Shown piece after piece: positions 15,394 to 21,192 of a DNA stretch of 32,000 bases. A model generated the notes under the pieces. That model did not search any database. It saw only the letters and a list, made by a program, of their open reading frames with translations, and was not told the origin of the DNA. Position 1 is the stretch's first letter. Each line of letters begins with the position of its first letter. Source of the stretch: an archaeon GW2011_AR10 (lineage in GTDB: Archaea; Iainarchaeota; Iainarchaeia; Iainarchaeales; GW2011-AR10); the NCBI GenBank assembly GCA_000830275.1, contig CP010424.1, forward strand, positions 300,001-332,000, written 5' to 3'. Position numbers and translations under genes: made by a program.

Positions 15394-16320
15394 ATGATGT
15401 TAGAATTCTTAAAGCCTGTTGACGGCTCACTAAAGAGCAGTGATTCGCCATCTCGCAACTGCTGGGTTAATGTTGAGACCCCTACTGACTCTGAAATCCA
15501 ACTGGTGAAGAGCCTTGTAAATGTTCCAGACGATGTTTTTTCATCGTTGCAGGATGCGGACGAGCTGGCCAGGCTGGATAAATATGACAACTTCCTTTTG
15601 CTGATTGTAAAAATCCCTACAAACAGGACTGCTATTCAGGAATTAGAGTACAACACGGTTCCACTTGGAATAATCATTAATGAGTCTAACTTCATTACTA
15701 TTTGTTTTTTTTCAAACGAGGTTATTGAGGGGATAAAGAGAAAAAGCATTAACAGCAGCAAAAGAATCAGGCTGACTTTGAAAATACTTTTTGCTTCTAC
15801 AAGAACTTACCAGAAGTATTTGAAGCAGATAAACAGGAAAAGCCACTTGGTCCAAAAAGACCTTGAAACGTCCTTGAAGAACGAGGAGCTTGTCAAGCTT
15901 TTGACTCTCGAAAACTCTCTCGTATATTTTAGCACAGCGCTTAGGTCAAATGACGTTCTTATAGAAAAACTCTCCAAAAACAAGGTTTTCACAAGGTTTG
16001 AGGAAGACCGAGAGCTATTGGAGGATTTGGCCATTGAGAACAAGCAGGCTGTTGAGGTTACAAAGATTTATGCAAACATCCTAAGCGGGACAATGGATGC
16101 CTTTGCATCCATAATATCAAACAACTTGAACATTGTAATGAAATTTTTGACCACGGTCACAATACTCCTTATGATTCCAACGCTGATTGCCAGCATTTAC
16201 GGAATGAACATTGATTTGCCGTTTCAATCAGACCAAAATGCCTTTTTCATGGTAATGCTGTTCTCTGTTTTGCTAAGCCTCAGCGGGCTGCTGTTATTCT
16301 GGAGAAGACAACTGTTGTAA
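15394..16320 (+). CDS. corA: CorA-family Mg2+/Co2+ transporter
   Basis: The YGMNIDLPF (GMN) motif lies between two C-terminal TM helices, after a large soluble N-terminal domain. Length is 308 aa. Confidence 0.85.
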   Translation: MMLEFLKPVDGSLKSSDSPSRNCWVNVETPTDSEIQLVKSLVNVPDDVFSSLQDADELARLDKYDNFLLLIVKIPTNRTAIQELEYNTVPLGIIINESNFITICFFSNEVIEGIKRKSINSSKRIRLTLKILFASTRTYQKYLKQINRKSHLVQKDLETSLKNEELVKLLTLENSLVYFSTALRSNDVLIEKLSKNKVFTRFEEDRELLEDLAIENKQAVEVTKIYANILSGTMDAFASIISNNLNIVMKFLTTVTILLMIPTLIASIYGMNIDLPFQSDQNAFFMVMLFSVLLSLSGLLLFWRRQLL

Positions 16321-16321
16321 A

Positions 16322-16390
16322 AGGGTGTTGAATACTTATTAACTTAATTAGTGCCCCTACATAGGTGGAGTAAAGGTATTCAACAACCTT
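16322..16390. other. Long-range inverted repeat (stem-loop) between corA and msrB
   Basis: tgttgaatac (16326-16335) pairs perfectly with gtattcaaca (16376-16385). After a 1-nt bulge, 2-4 more pairs are possible. The loop is 40 nt. Confidence 0.4.
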
Positions 16391-16401
16391 GTAAGCCATA
16401 A

Positions 16402-16423
16402 CAAACAGCTTTAATTTTTGAAC
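16402..16423 (+). promoter_or_regulatory. Promoter-like 22-nt motif caaacagctttaatttttgaac (BRE/TATA-like) upstream of msrB
   Basis: AT-rich tttaattttt core about 22 nt upstream of the ATG at 16437. 20/22 nt are identical to 18296-18317, upstream of another gene. Confidence 0.5.
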
Positions 16424-16436
16424 AGCTTATTCTATT

Positions 16437-16832
16437 ATGCCTTTAAACAAAAAAGACGGAGAAAAGTGGGTGAAAAAGCTTACGCCAGAACAGTACAACG
16501 TTTGCAGGTTAGGAAGCACTGAGCCTGCATTCAGCGGCAAATATTACAAGCATACTGGAAAAGGAACCTATGTTTGCGTTGCTTGCGGTAAAATGCTTTT
16601 CAGCTCTGACTCAAAGTTTGATTCAGGCACAGGGTGGCCAAGTTTCTGGGATGCCGCAGGAAAAGTGGATTTTAGGGATGACTACAGTTTTGGGCTTCAC
16701 AGGATTGGGGTTAGGTGCAGCAATTGCCACTCGCATTTAGGGCACATATTTGATGACGGGCCAAACCCAACAGGGAAAAGGTACTGCATTAATTCATTGG
16801 CACTTGATTTCAGGCCAGAAAAAAATAAATAA
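16437..16832 (+). CDS. msrB: Peptide-methionine (R)-S-oxide reductase
   Basis: LTPEQY-V-R-G-TEPAFSG-Y, two Zn-binding CxxC pairs (CVAC, CSNC), GWPSFW, HLGHIFDDGP, and the catalytic RYCINS. Confidence 0.95.
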   Translation: MPLNKKDGEKWVKKLTPEQYNVCRLGSTEPAFSGKYYKHTGKGTYVCVACGKMLFSSDSKFDSGTGWPSFWDAAGKVDFRDDYSFGLHRIGVRCSNCHSHLGHIFDDGPNPTGKRYCINSLALDFRPEKNK

Positions 16833-16833
16833 G

Positions 16834-17529
16834 TTAATCGGCTTTTTTTTCCGCATTATCCTGCGCTTTAAAGTAATAGTGGGACATCAGTTGCATTGGA
16901 CTGAGCTTGGAGCAGACTGTGCTTGAGTCAACAAAGATTTCCTCATTCAAATTTTTCACTTGCTGGGCAAAACCAATCATTTCTTGCAGCGGGCTTTCAG
17001 GGCTTTTAAATTCAATTTTGTTGAATGCGCCTTTTCTGAGAAAAATTGCTTCAAGAGATGCTGCCTCTGCTTTTTTTAGTCCGCTGGGCAGCAGTTCCTC
17101 AAAGGGAACCCTTTCAGGTTTGCTTTTCCCAACATTTTTTAGGGCATTAGAGTAAGGGATTCCTCCAAGCGATTTGAAAAATGCAGGCGCTATCACTTCT
17201 TTGCCTGAATTGGATAGCCTTGAAAGAATGTCTGTTGGGGGAAATATGTTAGGCTGCAGGAAAAGCACTGCTTCATAGTTTTCCTTTTTGGCCTCTTTTA
17301 AAACCGAGTTTCTTATTTCAGAGAACTGCTGTAAAATGTTCTCTTTTTTTTCAATTCTTCTTACTTCTAATCCTTTCAAGAGCGGCATTGCTTCACTCCA
17401 TAGCTCTCCAAACAAATCGAACAAAACAGTTTTTTCTGGTTTTGGGTTTAGGGCATTAATGCTTTCTACAAATATTGGGAGGCATTGCTGTATTTCTGCA
17501 AAATAAACTGATGCGATTAAAACCTTCAT
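16834..17529 (-). CDS. GT-A-fold glycosyltransferase-like protein, probably catalytically degenerate paralog of the upstream gene (231 aa)
   Basis: Collinear similarity by eye to 17526..18245: KVLIAS/KILVGS, LFLQPNIFPPTDILSRL versus LSIEQDIIPPQDVAERL, FVDSSTVCSKL versus LVDSRVSCKHM. QPN replaces the acidic EQD. The start overlaps the upstream stop (ATGA at 17526-17529). Confidence 0.5.
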   Translation of the reverse strand: MKVLIASVYFAEIQQCLPIFVESINALNPKPEKTVLFDLFGELWSEAMPLLKGLEVRRIEKKENILQQFSEIRNSVLKEAKKENYEAVLFLQPNIFPPTDILSRLSNSGKEVIAPAFFKSLGGIPYSNALKNVGKSKPERVPFEELLPSGLKKAEAASLEAIFLRKGAFNKIEFKSPESPLQEMIGFAQQVKNLNEEIFVDSSTVCSKLSPMQLMSHYYFKAQDNAEKKAD

Positions 17530-18245
17530 TTGAATCCCAGCTTCTCCATCAATTCAGGAGAGTGAAGCCTTGCCATGTGCTTGCATGAAACCCGCGAGTC
17601 AACTAATACTTCAAAGCCTAGCTTGAATGCATCCCTGCAAAACCACAGATCATCGTATGCCTTGATTTTTGGGTTAAAGCGGAACTTAATTTTTTCAAGC
17701 ACGTCCCTGTGGATTATGAGGCAGCCAATGCCTGTTACAAAAACTTTTATCGGCCTTGAAGGCCATAGGTCATCAAACATCAGGCGCCGTGTTATGCCTG
17801 TGCCTTTGTCTTTGGGGTTAATGGGGCAGAACATGTCTGGTTTCAGGATTTTGTCTTCTTTTTCATGAGAGAAATTGAAGTAAGCGCCGCTGACGATTTT
17901 TGCACTGCGGTTTTCAAGCAGCCTCTCAGCAACATCCTGAGGCGGAATTATGTCCTGCTCGATGCTGAGCCAGTAATCGAAGCCCTCGTTTAAAGCCTTT
18001 TCGCGGAAAAAGTTTCTGTCCCTTGCAAGCATTTTTCTAACGTTTCCTGCGTGCTCTGTTTTAATGTAATTTATTCCTGAATTTCTGAATTCCGCTGAGA
18101 GGCCTCTTCCTTCCGGGCTGTTGTCCAATACAAGCAGTTCCTTGTTTTTGTAGGTTAAGCTGTTCAGTGCTTTTATATAGTCCGGGATGCTGTATTTTTT
18201 GAGGGAAGTGACAGGGCTTCCAACCAGGATTTTGGGAATGTTCAT
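17526..18245 (-). CDS. Glycosyltransferase, GT-A fold (family 2-like), 239 aa
   Basis: LLVLDNSPEG, the acidic IEQDIIPP (DxD-equivalent position), GCLIIHRDVLEKI, and DDLWFCRDAFKLGFEVLVDSRV-C-H resemble GT2-type motifs. Confidence 0.65.
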   Translation of the reverse strand: MNIPKILVGSPVTSLKKYSIPDYIKALNSLTYKNKELLVLDNSPEGRGLSAEFRNSGINYIKTEHAGNVRKMLARDRNFFREKALNEGFDYWLSIEQDIIPPQDVAERLLENRSAKIVSGAYFNFSHEKEDKILKPDMFCPINPKDKGTGITRRLMFDDLWPSRPIKVFVTGIGCLIIHRDVLEKIKFRFNPKIKAYDDLWFCRDAFKLGFEVLVDSRVSCKHMARLHSPELMEKLGFK

Positions 18246-18295
18246 TAAATCAACTATTGCATGGAAAAGGCTAAAAGAATTCCATTGAAGTATAG

Positions 18296-18317
18296 CAAAC
18301 AGCTTATATTTTTGAAC
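18296..18317 (+). promoter_or_regulatory. Second copy of the promoter-like motif (caaacagcttatatttttgaac), upstream of the RibD_C-like gene
   Basis: 20/22 nt identical to 16402-16423. The ttatattttt core lies about 29 nt upstream of the ATG at 18338. Confidence 0.5.
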
Positions 18318-18337
18318 TTTTTATTGCTGTTTGCTAG

Positions 18338-19006
18338 ATGCAAAACGCAGTTTCAATGTTCAATTACTTAAGCGTTTTGCCATATAATATTGAAGCAAAA
18401 GGAGTTGTTCTAGTGGAAAGCAAGCCATATTATTTTGCAGTTGCCGCAATAACAATTGACGGCTTTATTGCGAGGTTTCCCGGCCATAAGGCTGACTGGA
18501 CCTCAAAAGAGGACAAAACGCACCTTCACAAAATGGAGGCGAAAGCTGACTTGCTGCTTTTGGCGAGAAAAACATACGAAATAGCCGAGAAAGAGCTTTC
18601 AGGGAAGAACTGCCTTGTTTTGACGACCAAAGTTGGCGGCATTGAAAGGAAAGGAAAAAACTTGGTTTACATTAACCCAAAGAAAAAAGATGTTCAGGAA
18701 TTTGTGGAAGAAAAAGGGTACAAAAAAATCTGTGTTTTGGGCGGAAGGGCTGCTTACACTTATGCCTTGGAAAAAGGGCTTATTGATGACTTATTCATAA
18801 CTGTTGAGCCGATTGTTTTTGGGAAAGGCATTCCAATGTTTGACAAGGAAGTTGAACTGAAAAGGTTCAGGCTAAAATCTGTTAAAAAACTTAACAAGCA
18901 GGGGACAGTCCTACTGCATTACGGCAAAAACCTTTTCAGCAAAAGGTTTGCGAAAAAGGGCCTTCGGCAAAACCTTTTCAGCAAAAGGTTTGCGAAAATA
19001 GCCTAA
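18338..19006 (+). CDS. RibD C-terminal domain / dihydrofolate reductase-family reductase with a repeat-encoded C-terminal tail
   Basis: AAITIDGFIA...DW-S-ED, LLLARKTYE, KICVLGG---Y-YALE-GLIDDLFITVEPIVFGKGIPMF, and a domain end near GTVLLHY. The last about 27 aa (KNLFSKRFAKKGLRQNLFSKRFAKIA) are encoded by tandem hairpin repeats. Confidence 0.7.
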   Translation: MQNAVSMFNYLSVLPYNIEAKGVVLVESKPYYFAVAAITIDGFIARFPGHKADWTSKEDKTHLHKMEAKADLLLLARKTYEIAEKELSGKNCLVLTTKVGGIERKGKNLVYINPKKKDVQEFVEEKGYKKICVLGGRAAYTYALEKGLIDDLFITVEPIVFGKGIPMFDKEVELKRFRLKSVKKLNKQGTVLLHYGKNLFSKRFAKKGLRQNLFSKRFAKIA

Positions 19007-19016
19007 CGGCAAAAAC
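18922..19016. repeat. Tandem repeat (about 2.3 copies, period 42-43) in which each full copy carries an 8-9 bp hairpin
   Basis: cggcaaaa(a)ccttttcagcaaaaggtttgcgaaaa occurs at 18922-18956 and 18965-18998, with a partial cggcaaaaac at 19007-19016. Each full copy has the hairpin aacctttt-cagc-aaaaggtt. The repeat lies at the junction of convergent genes. Confidence 0.9.
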
Positions 19017-19044
19017 AAAAAATAATTCTTGCCGCTGTTTGCAT

Positions 19045-19962
19045 TTATTTTCTTTTTGCTTCGCGCAACGCCCCTGCATGATTTTTTCCCATGCACCTAG
19101 AATAAAGATAAGTCCAGCCCTGCGCTCCTGAAAGGTTTTGGTGCAGCCACTGCCCTATTCTCCTTCCCGCAACATAAGACATTTCAGGTTCATTGTAGTT
19201 TGTTGGCTTTCCTGTTTCCAAAACTCTTGCCTTGAAATCAAAGTCCTCTTTTGTCGGCGCCTTAATTTCTGGCTTAACCTCTACTATGCCCTGCTCCAAG
19301 CCGTAAAACCTGTCAATTGCCTCAGAAAACGGGACATCTACTTTTATCACTCCGAGCTTTTGGAGCACATGCATTGTTTCATGGATTGGTGCAAGCCTTG
19401 ATATTTGGTTCTCTCTCCAGCCCGGTGCAATGAAAAATTTTCCGTTGTTTTCATAAATCCAGCCCCTGTAAATTCTTCCCTTTGACCTAAAAGTATGAAA
19501 AAGCTCAATTCCTTCTTTTCTTTGCCATTTTGCAGTCTCGCTCCTTCCTTTTTTTCTGGCAGAAGCAGGAACACTTTTTTTGGAAAGAATGTTCCTAATG
19601 GAAAGCGTTTGTTTGCTTGCGGCCTTAAGGACTTTTTTCATCACTTTTTTTCTTTCATTCAGCGGAAGGTGCCGCGAAAAAACATCCACTGCAAACCTTA
19701 TTTGCTTTTCCATTTCCTGAATATCTTCACTGGAGTGCCATCTTCCGCTAATCCTGTGCTTGAAAGCAGGTACAGGGAAAGATCTTTTTCTGTGGCTCTT
19801 TGTTTTTCCCCACGATACTGCCAGAAACCTTTCACCAATCCTTTTGGCTTTTGCGAGGTCAGTGGCAGGAGAAATTTTTCCTGTTCTGATGAAAGCGGAT
19901 TCATGCGAATGGTCTCGGCCACTGCGCAGGCCCGTCTTTTTTGTTTGGGGGGTTATCCTCAA
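19045..19962 (-). CDS. Hypothetical protein (305 aa) with a very basic N-terminal half and an HExxH motif; possible zinc metallopeptidase
   Basis: Longest ORF in the region. K/R-rich first about 160 aa. APIHETMHVLQ (plus-strand 19369-19383 encodes HETMH), with a Glu 16 residues after the second His (FSEAID). I do not recognise the family. Confidence 0.5.
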   Translation of the reverse strand: MRITPQTKKTGLRSGRDHSHESAFIRTGKISPATDLAKAKRIGERFLAVSWGKTKSHRKRSFPVPAFKHRISGRWHSSEDIQEMEKQIRFAVDVFSRHLPLNERKKVMKKVLKAASKQTLSIRNILSKKSVPASARKKGRSETAKWQRKEGIELFHTFRSKGRIYRGWIYENNGKFFIAPGWRENQISRLAPIHETMHVLQKLGVIKVDVPFSEAIDRFYGLEQGIVEVKPEIKAPTKEDFDFKARVLETGKPTNYNEPEMSYVAGRRIGQWLHQNLSGAQGWTYLYSRCMGKNHAGALREAKRK

Positions 19963-20306
19963 TTAGACCACAGGAATATTGGTACATAGCTGGTAAATTA
20001 ATTTATTGGTTTTACTCTGAATTTTTTGGCCGGCACGTGTTTGGTTTGCTAATTCTCAAAAACCATGAAAAGCAGGGAAGCATTGTTTTATTTGAGGCCG
20101 ATGAAATTGATGTTGCTGGTTTGGAAGTTGGCCCCTGTGAAGCGGGGAATAAAGCAATTCGAACAGACATGTGCTGCGCAGAAACCATTGTGAGCAGCAT
20201 TAATCCAAGAGACCTGGCTGTTGCAAGCTTTTATTTGTATAATACTGTTGAGGAAATCGCGGCCTTAACCAATGAAGTCACGGCCATCCTGGAAGTTTTC
20301 AAGTAA
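19941..20306 (+). pseudogene. Truncated remnant of a class-V aminotransferase / cysteine desulfurase (SufS/CsdA-like); only about the C-terminal 77 aa is recognisable
   Basis: GSIVLFEADEIDVAGLEV...GNKAIRTDMCCAETIV...DLAVASFYLYNTVEEIAAL aligns by eye with the SufS C-terminus (G-I-F-...-H--DV...GIAVRTGHHCA-P......-RASL--YNT-EEVD-L). The about 320 N-terminal residues are absent. The ORF 5' end overlaps the minus-strand gene by 22 nt. Confidence 0.5.
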
Positions 20307-20393
20307 ACGCAACAGTGGATGACAAATTCTTTAAGCCGGGCTTCTGAAAGTGCTGGGCAAGTTTTTTTAAACAGTTCCTGTTTTTTTAATTAT

Positions 20394-20434
20394 AGCGAAT
20401 GACTTTAATAATGGTAAAAAACAAGTCATTCGCT
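20394..20434. repeat. Perfect 12-bp inverted repeat with a 17-nt spacer upstream of the ATP synthase cluster
   Basis: agcgaatgactt (20394-20405) is the reverse complement of aagtcattcgct (20423-20434). It is preceded by two T7 runs (about 20362-20390). Confidence 0.85.
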
Positions 20435-20511
20435 AGTCGCAAAAGACATTAAGAAATTACCAAAACCAATGTATTTTGCCATTAATATGGCCAAGAAAAG
20501 GTTTTTTTTGG

Positions 20512-20874
20512 ATGGTGAGCCTGAAGCCGTTTTCTTGGAAAAAGGGGTTGGGAATTATGGGAAAGCGAGTTCACGGTAGCATAAGAAAGCCAGTTTCCCT
20601 TAACTTAGAGCAAAGAAAAAGCATCAAAAGATTCTCGCTTGCATTCGTGCTTCTTGCGCTGCTGCCTTTGTTTCTCCTGACGGTATTTATCCTCTTCATG
20701 GCAGTGAAATTTAATTATATGGCACTAAGCACCGGCCTCATTGCAATGGCAGTCCTTCTCTCAATTGCATTCTTTGCAGTTCCAATAATTGCAGGCAGGC
20801 TTGTTAGGGCACTTGAAGAAAACTTCGGGGCAAAGGCGAAAAAATTGGTTGCAGGAAAAGAGGCCTTGCTATGA
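20512..20874 (+). CDS. Small two-TM membrane protein translationally coupled to atpH (start uncertain: TTG 20476, ATG 20512 or ATG 20557)
   Basis: Two hydrophobic helices (FSLAFVLLALLPLFLLTVFILFMAV and LIAMAVLLSIAFFAVPIIAG) follow a basic N-terminus. The stop overlaps the atpH start (ATGA at 20871-20874). Confidence 0.55.
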   Translation: MVSLKPFSWKKGLGIMGKRVHGSIRKPVSLNLEQRKSIKRFSLAFVLLALLPLFLLTVFILFMAVKFNYMALSTGLIAMAVLLSIAFFAVPIIAGRLVRALEENFGAKAKKLVAGKEALL

Positions 20875-21191
20875 TAGATGAGCATGATTTCGTGGAAGAA
20901 ATAGCTCGTGTGAAACAGGCCGAGGCAGAGAAAGAAAAGATAATATTTGGGGCTAAAAAAGATGCTGAAAAAATTCTTTCAAATGCAAGCGCAGATGCAA
21001 AATCAATAAACGAAAAAGCAATGGATAGCGCGAAAAAAGCAGAGGACTCTGTTTTAGAAAAAATCAGGAGAGAAACAGAGGCAGAGGAAAAAAAAATTCT
21101 TTCAAATGCGAAGAAGGAAGCAGAGAAAATACTGTCAATGCCTGTGCCTAGGAGTGCAGTGAAAAAAATAGTGCAAGAGTTTGGTGTCTGA
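20871..21191 (+). CDS. atpH: A-type ATP synthase subunit H (peripheral stalk, 106 aa)
   Basis: Short, charged A/E/K-rich helical protein located immediately upstream of atpI, as in atpHIKECFABD operons. It contains an internal (E/K)KILSNA repeat. Confidence 0.7.
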   Translation: MIDEHDFVEEIARVKQAEAEKEKIIFGAKKDAEKILSNASADAKSINEKAMDSAKKAEDSVLEKIRRETEAEEKKILSNAKKEAEKILSMPVPRSAVKKIVQEFGV

Positions 21192-21192
21192 A

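Noticed and set aside
1210-19016. Possibility that the short direct repeats represent a CRISPR array
   Set aside because: Each locus has only 2-2.3 copies, with 3-10-nt gaps rather than spacer-sized unique inserts. They lie inside or at gene ends, and no cas genes are present.
19495-19989. 164-aa plus-strand ORF opposite the HExxH gene
   Set aside because: It is F/S/C-rich, motif-free and shorter than the minus-strand ORF (305 aa), which has more protein-like composition. The strand choice here is less certain than elsewhere.
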